DNA of 64,000 nt. It comes from the human T2T-CHM13v2.0 reference genome, Homo sapiens. Below are positions 44,091 through 60,740 of this stretch, piece by piece (position 1 is the first letter of the stretch; every line of letters starts with the position of its first letter). Made by a program: the position numbers and the translations under genes. The notes beneath the pieces were generated by a model. That model was not told the origin of the DNA. It saw only the letters and a list, made by a program, of their open reading frames with translations, and made no database searches. The DNA is taken from assembly GCF_009914755.1 (NCBI RefSeq), contig NC_060926.1, one strand, 5' to 3'.

Positions 44091-44889
44091 ATTTTCCTTA
44101 TAGGCTTTGTTATATTACTGTTTTATTTTCATTTTATTTTATTTGGATTTTTACATCACCGAAGGCATGATTTATTTTCTCTATATTGACAGTAAATTTA
44201 CAGGGCTGATGCTGTGCTTACTTTCACTTCAGAGTCCTTACTTGTAAAATCTTCTTATAAAGGTAGATCACATTTTGGGAGTTATCACTTAGCCCATTCA
44301 TCTTCCTAATGGTTTAAAGCATCACATATCACAACTCTATTTCTTCTCATGCTAATAATATTCTTTCCCTGTAGCTATTCTAAATATTCTATAGGATCAT
44401 CTACCAGATGATGAGTGTAGCATCTGATAACATAGGCAGCTCCATGACAATATATGTTTGTGTTATCCATGATTAATGTATGATGTTTCAGTAATACCTG
44501 GGAAGTAATTAATCAATAGGACAACTTCTGAAATGCTTTCCTTTCTCCCTTTTACATAAGTCCTGCTCCTTCCCCGTCTCTTTCTCTCTATCATCAGTTT
44601 TCTTTCTCCCTATTCACGTCCTTACTCCACTTTCACTCAAAATGGTGGCCATGACCAACTGACCTGATCTCTTACCAGGACTTTCAGCTTCTATTTAGGG
44701 CCATGGTTACGATACTTGCTTTGTCTCAAACACTTCCAGTTTCAACCAAAAGGATCTTGAATTATTCTGCAGGAAGCTAACAATTACTAGTTTCCATAGT
44801 TCATGTACCTATTGAGAGATATCACCATCTCTCATAACCTCTTCTGTATCCTCTGGTCTCCTCACCATTGTTTAGGTTTTGTGGAGGCT

Positions 44890-45110
44890 CAGATGCATGA
44901 TAGGAAGATTTGGAGTTTTGCACTCAGCTGGCCTGGGTCAAATTGAAGCTCTACTCTTTGCTTGCTTTGCCTCTTCAGCTTTACCTTATTGGGTGTCCCT
45001 ATAATGAAGCAGTTCATCTATAAAGTGGGAATGAACATAGCCACCTCAAAGGGTTGCAAGGATCAGGGATAATGAATGTACAACACTCAGCCCAGTGTCA
45101 AGCTTATACA
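44890..45110 (+). mobile_element. MIR
   Basis: 'cctgggtcaaatt...ttcatctataaagtggga...cacctcaaagggttg'. Confidence 0.6.
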
Positions 45111-45184
45111 GGGAGGTCAGTCATCCAGGGTCTAACCAGCACTGTGCTATGATAAGCAGCAGCCATCTAGCCTGAAAAACAAAT

Positions 45185-45300
45185 CACCTTTAACAATTTT
45201 GTTTCCATGGGAAAACACGTTTTGAGTTGTAAACAACTAATTTATAGACATGTTGGAAACACAATTAAAATATCACATGCTGGAGTCTAGACAGGCCTGA
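45185..45300. mobile_element. Tigger15a-like fragment
   Basis: 'tgtttccatgggaaaacacgttttgagttgtaaacaac...ttggaaacacaa'. Confidence 0.5.
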
Positions 45301-45884
45301 TCTGTGAGTTATGTGCAAATAATATATGCAACATAAAATAAACTGTTAATTTTTTATTATTTTGCTTCATTTGAAGGATAATTTCAGTATTTGAAACAGC
45401 TGTAGGAATAAAGTTAGTTATTGAAGTAAAAAGACTAATTTTTCACTTAGCTTTCCCTAAGGAAAACAGGAGAGCTGCTCTTGGTAAACATTTACTAATG
45501 GGCCTTTGGACTCAAGGGTGTGAAGATACATTAAATTACTCAGGGCTTATCCTTTAGAAGCGGGGAAAAAGTGAGATGTTGATTTTTCACACCCAGAAGA
45601 CTGGGAAGGCATTCTGTGGTAGTAGAAGTTACCTTGTCCAAATGACTTTTCAGAGATATTTTTATTACACTATAAAACTTGACATTTAAATTCATGGGCC
45701 TAACAAACCAAAAGATGTTTATGCCTACCCACTGATACGAAAGTAAATTAGCAAACTGACTAAAAGAAGAACAACAGCCACACTTTGTCCCAAGCAAAAG
45801 AAAACTAGCAATGAGACATGTAATGTGTAGAATGCTTGATAAAATGCAAAGCAGCATAGTCATTTACCCATTCTTGAAATTAAC

Positions 45885-46050
45885 AGCGTATTTATTCACC
45901 ACCAACTCTGTGCTGTGCACTGCACTGGATGCTCAAAATTTCTGAGAGCAAAATGGACAAGTTCCCTGTCCTCGTGAAGCTTACAAACTCATGAGAAAGG
46001 CGAATAATACACACAGTAAGCATACCATTGGGATAAAGCAGTTAAATCAT
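45885..46050 (-). mobile_element. L2 3' fragment
   Basis: 'gtatttattcaccaccaactctgtgctgtgcactg...gttccctgtcctcgtgaagcttaca'. Confidence 0.65.
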
Positions 46051-49000
46051 ATGCAGAGGAAATTGCTTGTTCTGCCACCGCAAGAAAGGTGATCAATTCA
46101 AAAATCAGAAGATTAAGGGTAGAGGTAGGAAATAACTGAATGCCCACATATCAGAGATCCAAAAAGCCTTTCATCAAAAGTTGGAAGTGAAAACAGTTTG
46201 TGTCAGAATCCCTAATGCCTGCCTTTCCCCTTTGTCCAACTCAGGCAAGCACAGCACTACATTCAAACTTCACCTGCAAATGCTCATTAAAACGTCACCT
46301 CAGAACTATCTACCTCATGTAAAAAATGTGCATTCACAGTAGAGTGACTAATTGCTTAGAGTGGTTTAAATTTTTACTGAATAAAATTCCTAAATTAGGA
46401 TAGAGTGAACACAGAATTTTACAGAAGTACTAGGGAAGACAGAATATTGTGATGGCCCCTGCTGGTTGGTAGTGTCTAGACCTCAGTGAGATGCTGTTAT
46501 GGATAAATATAGCTAACTAAAAAGTACAACGACTAGATCCGGTTTCCTGCGATTAAGAGTTTTTCCACAAATTATGGAGAAAAAATATACTTGGCTAAAA
46601 CTATAAGTTTGAAGGGTTTCATTTCTTGGCTAATTAGCATGATTGTAAGTACAAAATGTTTTGCTGGACAAAGTGTGTTCTTTGAGTAAAAGCAACGATT
46701 AGCCTCAGAAATTAGAAAACTGTCCCATCTTGTACATGTCCTTCCACAGTCAACCTTCTGATCTGCTGGCTTTCACTCCCTTCTCATGCCTTTTCTTCAA
46801 AGCTCTGCTTCTCCAAGAAATTCATGGAGGGCAGTGACTCGCCTGAATCCTACCTTGTGGATAGAAGCCCTGTCCTCCATTCTACAAAGATGAGCCGTTC
46901 AACACACGTAGGGCAATCGCCAGTGAAGACAAATCCTTCCAGTGCGTATGCTAATATTTGCACCTGCCTTCATAATTAAGATAATTATATGTTTTTATTA
47001 AGGAAAACAGTTGGATTCCACTTTATTTGTTCTATGCCCAAGAACAAATCTTTTGGTGGCAGCACCAGCACAAAACTAAATTTTGGTTAAACAAATCAGC
47101 ATGACTCACAGTGGCCTAGAGTGGCAATTATTCTAATCGTGTTCCCTTGGAGAAAGTTTGTGCTACTTGGTTGGACCAAAACTCGTAGTTGAATGAATGA
47201 TTCCTAAAATACTTAATTATACAGGCAAAGGCTAATATAGTGGTAGCCAGTTATTGGAACTGTCCAAATTATAGACGAGAAACAACTTAGGCACAGATAT
47301 AATGCTGCTCAACAGAGTAATAGAAACGTTTATCTCTAAAAATTTTTAATCTCCAGAATGTTGATTGCGGTTAACAAGATTTACGCTTGCTCTTGGGGAC
47401 CCTACATCTAAAGGCAGTGAAATGAACTAATCCATATGTTGCACATTCATTAAAACCAGGCAGTGTCTTGCAATTACAAATTAAATTGGTACATCTGGAA
47501 AAGGAATACTGGGATTTACAGGTTTTTGTGATTTTTCCTTATCATAAAATAATGAAAATTGTGGTTCTGATTTTTATTTGATTAAAGGAATTATTTCATT
47601 GTTCTGATTGGAAAGGTATGCAAAACTTTCGGAATATGGACATATGGATCAGCTTTGCTAATGGTGTCTGCTAATTTGGCATTGTTAACAGTCTGCTTTT
47701 TCCCCAGTGTACATATTTTTAGTTAGTCAGAAAGAATTTAGGTGAGCAGTTTTTCTTTAATTTCTGCTTTTTTTTTCCAGAGGGCTTTTTACTTAAAATG
47801 TGTTGAGAATTTTTGTTGCTATTATGTCTGTCTGAACTTTCTCAAGTAACACAGTTTTTATGTGCTATTTGGATAAAGACATTTGAAAATCCCTCTAGAA
47901 TAGTTCGGTTTGGGAAACATCCTATAGACATGATTTGCTGGAGGCAAACTAACATTACAGATTAAAAGTCTACACCAAGACAATAGAAAAAAATCATAGT
48001 TTCTTCAAATCAAAAGGGAAAGATATTTTTAATCTTTTTTTACCAAGCCTGAAAGACCTATTTAAAGCTTTGTTGGAAATGAAAGCACACCATCACAAAC
48101 CTAGTAAGCTATCACTCTTTACCCATTTGTTACATCCTCTATTTGCACACATGTCCTAGGTACAGGTATTTGCTGGAAATGTACAGAAATCTCTTCCACA
48201 GTAGGTTGGCTGACTTATGCAAAGCAACCATAGTAGTGGTCCAGGAAAATGAATAAAACAAAACAAAGCAACCGTGTCTCCAAAATGGACATTCTGTAAA
48301 CTCTCATTGATTGAAAAACATTTCTTATAACCTGCCTTCTGGAGCAGATTTCCTGCTTGTATATAAATAATCATGGGGAAAGCAAAATCCAGTGCTGTCA
48401 AAAACAAACAAGCACCTTTTAAAAACTCCCTAGTAATTTCTACAGAAGTTTTAGTAGTTGTTAAAGCTGATCTTTGTTGCATCCCCAATTATTTCAGAAG
48501 CGTCAATCAGACACTGCAGTGGAGTCTTCCTTGACTTGTGTTACCTAAATTACAGTCAAGAGTCATTTGCTTGTCTTACATTCAAACAAAAAAAGATTTG
48601 ATATAATCTTATTTTCTAGTTGAAAACAACTTTTTACATTTTTCATATTGTTGCAGAGGCTAACATTTTCAATGTGTTTCTCTAACAAACACTCATCCTT
48701 TTTTGTCTCATTCAGATATCATAAATTCTGTTAACAAGATCCATGTAATGGCTATATCAATCAGAGGGTTCCACACTTATATGGAAGCATCTACTCCTTC
48801 TAGAAGAAATATTTAATTTTACCTTCTGAATTCTCCACTTAGGTAGAATAAAAGGTAAAATGAACTTGTGGCCTCAAATCAAAGTGGGTGGAACCTGAGC
48901 AAAGTATTCAGGAGCAAATTCAAGGCATCTTGGCATCTCATGCAATGCTTTCATAATTGGGCAACATTATTGACCCAAGTCCTGAAAACAAAGTTAACCC

Positions 49001-49764
49001 TATAAGATTGTGGTTAATAACAGCTGTGTCCATGGTGTAACCTGGGTTTAGGGGAAGAGAATAGAGAAGAGAAACAAGGAGCAGGGAGCCCGTTCCAAAG
49101 TGCTTCTTTGAGCAGCCTTTAATGACGTTAGCTTCCTTTTCTAACTTCCCTGAAATTCCCATTAATAGAGTCACAATAGCAAGCTCTGTGTTCCCTTATT
49201 GAGCCAAGACATCAAAACATTTACCCATCATAAAAACATGTCCCATACTCAGCAGGCACACCCCAATAGAGGCATACCAGTAGTTACATACTGAAGTCAG
49301 GAACAGCCATCCCACAAGGCACCCCAGCCACCACAACCGTGCTCTGGCCCCACGCAAGAGCTTCCAGAAACCAGTCTAGCTTCCTGCCTCCAGTGCCTTG
49401 CTCAAGCCCAGTGGGTGTCATCATTTCATAATGGTCAATGGCCTGGCTCTAACGGTTGTTAAACATTTTAAATATTTTCCCTGATTAAAGGCAAGGATTT
49501 TTCCTCCCGAAAGTTGGAAGAGGAGAAGATCTTTCATTTTCCCATCTCTCCTTAGCTTATGAACATGGGTAGGCATACAGATATTAAGCAGTCTCAAAGG
49601 CCCAGTAGACCTGACTCTGGAGAAAGGAGAATCTTGGGCAGGTGATTTTTCTAAGTAATCTACCCAGGGATGATGGCAGAGGGCACAGGGCGCTTACCAG
49701 CGAAGGCAGCCTTAACACTCTTCTCCTGAGGAAGAAGTACCAGGGTCTCAGATCAGTATGTGCC

Positions 49765-50114
49765 TGCCTTAGTCTATTCTGGTGCTATAACAAAATATCA
49801 TAGACTGGGTGGTTTATAAACAACAGATATTTATTTCTCACAATTCTGGAGGCCGGGAAGCCCAAGATCAAGGCAGATTCAATATCTGATGACGATCAGC
49901 CCACTTTCTGGCTCATAAACAGCCATATTCTCACTGTGTCCTCACACAGAGGGAAAGAGCTGTCTCTCATTTATAAGGGCACTAATCCCATTAATGAGGG
50001 CCCCACCCCATGACTTAATCACCCCACAAAGGCCCCATCTCCTAATACCATCGTTCTGGGAATTAGGTTTAAATATATGAATTTGGAGGGGACACAAACA
50101 TTCAGACCATAGCA
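49765..50114 (-). mobile_element. MLT1A/MLT1A0 MaLR solo LTR
   Basis: 'tgccttagtctattc...gctataacaaaatatcatagactgggtggtttataaacaacaga...ggggacacaaacattcagaccatagca'. Confidence 0.92.
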
Positions 50115-50309
50115 ATAACAAAAGAATTGGGGCCCTGGATGAGTTGGCACTGGGAGAAGGTAGTATGTGGAGTGGTCCAACTCAGGTAATAAAGGAGAAA
50201 TACACCATGAGCAAACTTGGCCTACTTTATTATTTTTTAGGAGCTAGTCCACATTAATGAAAAGTTCTAATAGAAAGTTCCATTTCTTTTAAACAGTTTC
50301 CCTTTGACC

Positions 50310-50520
50310 TGCACAATGTAGTTCACTTATCACTGTCTTTCCCACCTTCAGCACAGTAAATATGCTCCTGCTTTGTTGAATTATAATTTATGCGTTGCCC
50401 CCTTCTGGCTCTGAGGTCCTTATGGTTCAAGATGGCATTTTAGTATTTCTGTGTATCCAGAGCCCCCCACAATGTTTGCATACAGTAAATTCTTCATGCA
50501 TGTCAGTGAAATACTCATGA
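50310..50520 (+). mobile_element. L2 3' fragment
   Basis: 'tttctgtgtatccagagccccccacaatgtttgcatacagtaaattcttca'. Confidence 0.5.
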
Positions 50521-50649
50521 AGAGCAGCAGGGAGCTGACAAGGAAGTGGGATGTCAGGAAGAGGCTTCTTTGAATGAATAGATGATGTGTAGGTTTTTAA
50601 GTTTTCTTGGAAACACATTCCCCCTCAGTGTTTTCAAGTTCTTTAGTGA

Positions 50650-50969
<320 letters not shown>

Positions 50970-51075
50970 TTGTAATCTTTGCCAAACCAGAATGCAAATG
51001 TGATTTACTCAGCAAGATAGTGAGATTTAATCCTTTTCTGTTTTTTTAGAAATACAGGATTAGAAGACAACAAAT

Positions 51076-51386
<311 letters not shown>

Positions 51387-51539
51387 AGAAGAAAAAAAAT
51401 GATTTCTTATTATGATATATGTATACACAGGCAATACTCTCCTTGCCCTAAGCTTCCCACTATGTAGAGCAAGACCTTCAACAAAAAAGAGACAGACCCA
51501 GTTCACAGTGCCTTGAAGTGTCTTTGAAAAGTTAGCCCC

Positions 51540-51838
51540 AGCTGGGCACAGTGGCTCATGCCTGTAATCCTAGCACTTTGGGAGGCCGAGGCAGGTGGAT
51601 TGCCTGAGCTCAGGAGTTCGAGACCAGCCTGGGCAACATGGTGAAATCCCATCTCTACTAAAGTACAAAAAAATTAGCTGGGCGTGGCGGTGTGCACCTG
51701 TAATCCCAGCTACTCAGGAGGATGAGGCAGGAGAATTGCTAGAACCCAAGAGGCAGAGATTGCAGGGAGCCGAGATTACACCATTGCACTCCAGCCTGGG
51801 TGACAGAGCGAGAGTCCATCTCTAAAAAAATAAAAAAT
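51540..51838 (+). mobile_element. AluS SINE
   Basis: Full dimer; TSD aaaagttagcc/tcc. Confidence 0.93.
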
Positions 51839-52299
51839 AAAAGTTAGCTCCAAGAGAGAATCCCATTGTAGTTTAATAAGATATAACACATCTCCTGAAA
51901 TTTTATAGGAAAATATCTCTCTTTCACTTACTTGGCGATGAGGATTAAGATCTGAATCCTTCAACCACCAGTAAACTACCAGAAAAGATGCTTCTCCTAT
52001 ACGCCTCCTATGCCAGCAGGACAAGTGGACACAATGGGAATGGAGAATATATGCTCACATGTGATGAGGTCATGGCTGCCCCCATGAGGAAAAACAGTTT
52101 TGCTGTCCCCTCTAGATACCAAATCCACGGACTTGCTTCCAGTTGATTTTGAGTTCCAAAAATCATGACCTCTGAGCTGCCCACATCATTCAAAAATGAA
52201 TGCAGAGGAAATGAGTGCAAGAATATTGGCGATGACTGGTATTAATGTTAAAATATATACCAAGGAATACCCATTCAGAGAAATGCTCCCAAGGCTCCT

Positions 52300-52485
52300 T
52301 TTCAAACACTGGGTGATTTCCCAGTGACTAAGAGCACATTTAAGGCTCTGAGAAGTCAGCACTAAGAAACTGTTGAATGCTATTTAGTCTGGTGTGAATG
52401 AAACAGGTCTGAGGAACCCTTCTTCTACATAACACCTAAGAACATTCCACAGATTAGAGTACTGCAAAATTCTCTCTGGAAAAGA
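52300..52485. mobile_element. MER103C-like fragment
   Basis: 'taaggctctgagaagtcagcactaagaaactgtt...ataacaccta'. Confidence 0.55.
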
Positions 52486-53097
52486 TTTACATGAGGAATG
52501 TCACTGGGTCTTGTTGCTCAATCATCAATACTGGTAGGACAAGAATTGAAAAGAGTGGTCATCACAAGGCCTTGTCCGTGAGGCAGAAGGTACTTGTTTA
52601 ACGGGAAATTGAAGGTCTGGTGGTGCTATGCAGAAGGGATACCCTGTTCCTTGAATAACAACAAGCCCCACTTTTAGTTAAAGGGAAAGTTCATCTACCC
52701 AGTATCTGCTGCTGTTGGGACCCCTCCATACCCATGGAGGTTTCAACAAACATGAACTGAAGAGCACTCATGATATGCCAGATCTTGAGTTTGGGGCTGA
52801 AGATGGAGAACTGAAACAAGGTGTGTACGCAGGTCCCTAGTCCTACAAACCACCCTGCTGAGAGGACCAGAGTTCCTTCAATGTTGGAGCTTGAAGGGTC
52901 CATAAAAATCATCTAGCTTCACTTCTTCATGTTAGAAAGGAGACCAAGAGAGTATCTGTCAATTCCCTAAAGTCAAATAATGAAAAAACTAAAATTTACT
53001 TTTTCTCACTCTTGCTCAGGGTTCTCTCTACCAATTGACAAACTAATTTGTTGGCTCTTACAAACAGTGTGTATTACTTTGATTTAAGAGAAAAAAA

Positions 53098-53424
<327 letters not shown>

Positions 53425-53539
53425 TTATAGTTAGAAACTTAATCAACTACTTAATCCATCACAGTATTCATAGAACAAGCTACTGAAACAAAAGATCACA
53501 ATTTTTCTTCCTCAGTCTTGAAATACATGAGTTGACACT

Positions 53540-53770
53540 CATTACTGTATTACTACTAATTGAACACTTGCTTTGTGATAGGTACCGTGCTCAGCCTCTC
53601 ACCCTCTGAATCACTATATATAGTAGATGGTATTATGACTACTTTACAGAAAAGGAAACTGAGGCAAAGGGAGGTCAAAACTGATGCTGAAGTTCTCATG
53701 AGATCTAAATTCAGTTCTGCCAGATTCTGAAGTCCATGCTTGTAGCTACAAAGCTACAGGTTCCTTAGAG
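53540..53770 (-). mobile_element. MIR
   Basis: 'tttacagaaaaggaaactgaggcaaagggaggtcaa'. Confidence 0.8.
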
Positions 53771-55479
53771 AGAGACTTGGGTGAGGAATAGTGTTCCAAC
53801 TGCAAACACATAGAGAATGACTTCTCTAGGATGTCACCAAAGAGAGATGGAACAGTGTGGTTCAACTGACATTATTTTACAAGTGAGGAAATTGAGATGA
53901 AAGGGAAATAGAAACAACTCTGGGGAAAAATGATTCACGTGTATGCTTTTCAAATGCAGAGACTAGATCACGTTTATCCTGTCCTCACTGCCTAGGGATA
54001 GCAATTGGGTGGCTGTTAAACAGGAGATAGGCTCAAAGCAGAGACTCAAGACACTCCTGAACAACAACAAAATATAGGAAATGAATTTCTTAGTAATTTG
54101 AAAATATCTGATTTCAGTTTTTAATAAACAGTTTTTAGAATGCAGCTGGAACTGAAAGTTCCTGAAATTTAAATTCTTTGGAATGTTTAGTTATCAAAGA
54201 GTTGAATTTAAGCCCTGCTTTCTTCTTTAAGAAAATAATTTAGATATCCTTGTCATGGGGATCCTGGATGAGACAGGATTTACTTTTCACACACAAATTA
54301 GTCATGCCATTGCCAGGTATCCCAGCATGATTTACAACAACACATTTTTTTAAGCGAAGCGATAAAAAGAAAAGTTTCCTTTATGCTGAGATTTCCAGTC
54401 ATAACTTCCTATTTTAGTGACAAATCGAGTAGACAAAACTGATTGCCTGAATTACCTATCCAAGGAAAATTGTGCTGAAGTCCGTATGTCTCTGTCTGGG
54501 TTTGGAATTTGAGGAGTATCTAAATCTTTGTTTACTTTTCCAATTCATTTTATACCTGGCTGATTTGATGTAAAGATATCTCTGTTTTGTCTCAGATGTT
54601 ATTCACTAATAAAATCATTACTAGGTGCTTTGTTTCCCCTCTACCAGGACTGAAAACTCTCCAGTTTTCTGAATTCTGCAAGGATGCGCCCCCCTCAGGC
54701 TGCTGCCCTGCTGGTAAATTAGCCAGGGCCTCCAGGGAACTCCCCAGGGTCTGGCTGCACAGAGGGACGATGACAGGAAGGTGCTGAGAATCCATTATTT
54801 ATGATTTGAACAAAAAACGAAAATTAACACCTAAAATAGTAATTGCGCCATTTCTCTAACTTTACCAGCTAATCAAGTGTGGGAAGAGAGGCCTGTGATC
54901 ACGTGTCTTGCTGCAGCAGCCTGCATTGCCAATGGAAAGAAATGCCGAGAAGAATTAAAGGACTCAAATGTAAAATAAGAAAAAGTATGAAAGGAAACAA
55001 AAGTCCAAAAGGTAATGTAAATGATAAATCAAGAGCCCTTGAGCACTGAACCATGTAAACCGTCAAGTTTCTAAACTTGCTGGAAATAGGAGAAGGAAGT
55101 TGTTGAGTGTTTGTGAGAATATGGAAGCTGTCAATAATCAAAAGACTCTGTTTTGATAGATGATCATTAAGGGAAAGTTCAAGATGAAGAAAGCACAAAT
55201 AGAAGACACATATGTAATATGTACAAATGTGCAATAAAGGGAAATAGATAAGCAGTTACATTTTTTAAAACCCATATTCAGAATTCAGAAATGGATTATT
55301 TAAAGCACTGTTTTATTCCTCTTAAAAGAAAAAAAAAAGAAACAGCAAAAAGACTAATTTGCGCAGTTGAAAAGGTGAGAGAACAAGTTAAAAGGATTTC
55401 CAGAATTTAGAAGTAGAGCCAGTTTGATACAGCTTGATTAATACTTTAAAACCAGATATAAATGTATATTATATTTATA

Positions 55480-56240
<761 letters not shown>

Positions 56241-56243
56241 TCT

Positions 56244-57115
<872 letters not shown>

Positions 57116-57329
57116 AAAGATTAAGATTTTTTAAAAGTTACAAGTACAATGGAATCTATCACTTTAATTATCACATTACCTTAAATAATCCCTTACTTCC
57201 TCAGTTATAGTTTTCTTATCAGTAAATCTAGGGTAACAGCTACATCACAAGCTTATTTTAGGGAATAAATAATATGTAAACTCTTGGCTCATTGTACAGG
57301 CTCAACAAATGCTTATTGAATTTTTTAAA

Positions 57330-58460
57330 AATTGTCTAAAATACTTCTTAAGGCAATGTATATTTTTTATCTGTAAACTGCAGAGTTTGATGTAAGTCTA
57401 TTAAACCTGTATTTATTTTTTATCTACTTTATATGTTAAAGATAGAGAGGGGGTTGTCAAAACCTTCCTTTAATTTTCAATTTTTTAAAAATTTAAATTG
57501 CCCTTTATGATGTTATTTGGTGGTCAAATCTTCATGACTGTTCTAATCTTGAGTGTGTAATACATTTCTTTGTATGCTTCTTTCTCAGATATCAATAATG
57601 CTGTGGCTGCTTCCTTGTTATTTGTAATATCCTGGTGTATAGTTTCTGGTTTCTAATCCCTGTCATTGGAAGTTTGATTTTTTTGGCTACTAATTTATAA
57701 TCAATTGTATAGTTAAGAAGTTAGTCTTTTGCCTGTCATGTATATTGAAAGTCTATTGTCATAATCTATCTTCGTTCTTCTGATTTGAACAGTTAAACAC
57801 ATTCCATGTCCCATGATACTGTTTTTCACTTTCATAGTTATTGAGAAAGGAAGTCCTTGTTAGCCATGTGTTGTCACTTGAACCACTTGAAATGGTTCTA
57901 CCTGAGATTGGGTGGATTCTTATTCAACTCTTTCAAGCAGAAATCAGGAGATAAGGGAAAAGTTTAATGAGCATTTGTGGCCTGTCAGGAATCAGAAAGG
58001 AGGTCACCAGAGATGTAAGCTGTAACGGGGGCCAGATCGACTCTTTGTGCAGTCAGTTTGAAGTAGCAGCCTAGTCACAGCTGACTTCCTCGCTGGCTTG
58101 CATGCCTGCCATTAAATCAGTGCAGCCGAGCCTCTGTGTTTCTGTGCTGTCCATACCAGGTGCATCCCAGCAGTAAATGCTGAGGGCCTACTCCTCAGAG
58201 TGCCCGGTCCTTAGTGCCTGTGGGGTTTCCTGGGAATCTGGGAGATTCAATATGTTCTCCTCCCTTCTTGTCCAGTGATCTGCTCTCACCTCCCTCCGGG
58301 TCCCTACCATCCATTTCCATGGCCAACATTAGTTTCATCTTAATGTGAAACTCAAATTAGTCATTTTTTCCTTCACTCCAATCTTACCTGTGCTGTATCA
58401 TCCAGAATTGTGTAGGAGACCTTCCTCGAGATGCCAGTCTAGGTTTAAATATTCCCCTAA
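57330..58460 (-). mobile_element. Highly degenerate L1ME/HAL1-like fragments
   Basis: 'gatatcaataatgctgtggctgctttcctt', 'tgttatttggtgg' antisense L1-like; weak. Confidence 0.4.
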
Positions 58461-58469
58461 TGCTAAAAA

Positions 58470-59380
<911 letters not shown>

Positions 59381-59689
59381 TATCTTGTCTTAGGCTAGTG
59401 TTATTTCTAGGGAAGTAGAGGAGATAAATGTATGACCTTAAATGGTCACATCAAACTGAAAAAGAACACTTTTAAATTCCTAGAAACATCAAACATTGTC
59501 AGGTGACTAATGCTGATGGGATAAAACAAGGTTGAGACAATAAAAGTGATTTAACTCAAATATGTCATGGTTGTTGCTGGGATCCATTCTCTGTTTTAGT
59601 TAAGAAAGGTGGAAAGTAGAGGCATGAAGATGATGAAACATGGGGAGAGGAAGGAAGCAGGAGATTTGATTGTACATTTTTATTTCATT

Positions 59690-59850
59690 ATTCCCATCTG
59701 TATGACTTAATTCCCCAAAGTTTACTTGAACTCTCAAAGTTGTTTTAGCTGAAAAATGGGGATAATAGCTCAACTCCTGCCTCAAAAGTCTGCTTCAGGG
59801 TTTAAATAAATTATTCTCTGTGAAAGTACTTTGTAAATTTTAAAATCCCT
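59690..59850 (+). mobile_element. MIR
   Basis: 'ctgaaaaatggggataatag...cctgcctca...gtgaaagtactttgtaaa'. Confidence 0.65.
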
Positions 59851-59859
59851 TTACAGTAC

Positions 59860-59993
59860 TGAGGCATTGTACAACTCAAAAGGCCACCATTCACGTTGAA
59901 AATGGTGCCTGCTTTTAGAGCAAAACTCACGTAGAATTTGTGTAAAATACAAGGGGAACTGTAACTCCTGGAGTTACAGTTACGGTGGCCCTG
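59860..59993. mobile_element. MER91-like hAT-Tip100 MITE
   Basis: 'gcattgtacaactcaaaaggccaccattcac' and terminal 'ctggagtt...ggtggccctg'. Confidence 0.6.
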
Positions 59994-60354
59994 AAACATG
60001 TTAAGCACCGTTACCACAGCTGTAAGTCAGATGTGGTAAATGAATACAGGATGAGGTGTTGTAGGTAAGATTTGATCAAAAGGAGACTATTGCATGAGAA
60101 CATACCAGGTGGCAGAGAATCTAATGAGTGAATTCCATGGGGCAATTGGGAGGCATTTCAAAATCCTGTATCATTCCAAGACAGTGAGCCAGGGTGCTTG
60201 GTTACTGGACCAAACATCGTGGGAGACTGAGTTACTTGAACATGCAGTGGTTTATAGGGAAGGACTTCTAGTAACTGTTGGACAGAAACAATGAAGGGTC
60301 AAAGCTGTTGGCAAAGATTGAGCAAAACCTGGGCCTTCCCCAAAAGAAAGCCTC

Positions 60355-60520
60355 CAGCCTTGCTCCAGAAAGTTGGATCTGAGGACCAGCAGCGTAATCT
60401 TCACCTGGGTGCTTGTTAGAAATGCAGAATCTCAGGCTGCATTCCAGACCTACTGGCTCAGGATCTGATTTTAACACAGTCTGCAAGGAATTTGTGCACA
60501 CCACAAGTGAGCAGCTCTAG
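60355..60520. mobile_element. MER5A hAT MITE
   Basis: 'ggaccagcagc...tcacctgggtgcttgttagaaatgcagaatctcaggc...ccagacctactg'. Confidence 0.9.
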
Positions 60521-60589
60521 TCTAGAAGGATCTCTTTATTTCAGGTCTACTATATTTGGTATTTAGAAGTAGTGATTAAAATGATGATG

Positions 60590-60740
60590 ATTAGACACAA
60601 TTTATTTGCATTTTGATAGCACATAATGCTTTTCATATACATTTCTCACTTGAATCTCATAGCATTCCATGAGAAAACCACTTATAGGATTTAGTTGCCT
60701 GGACAAAGTTAAGTGAATTGAACAGAGCTGACCACAGAAA
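60590..60740 (-). mobile_element. MIR fragment
   Basis: 'tgcttttcatatacatttctcacttgaatctcatagcattccatgag'. Confidence 0.55.
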
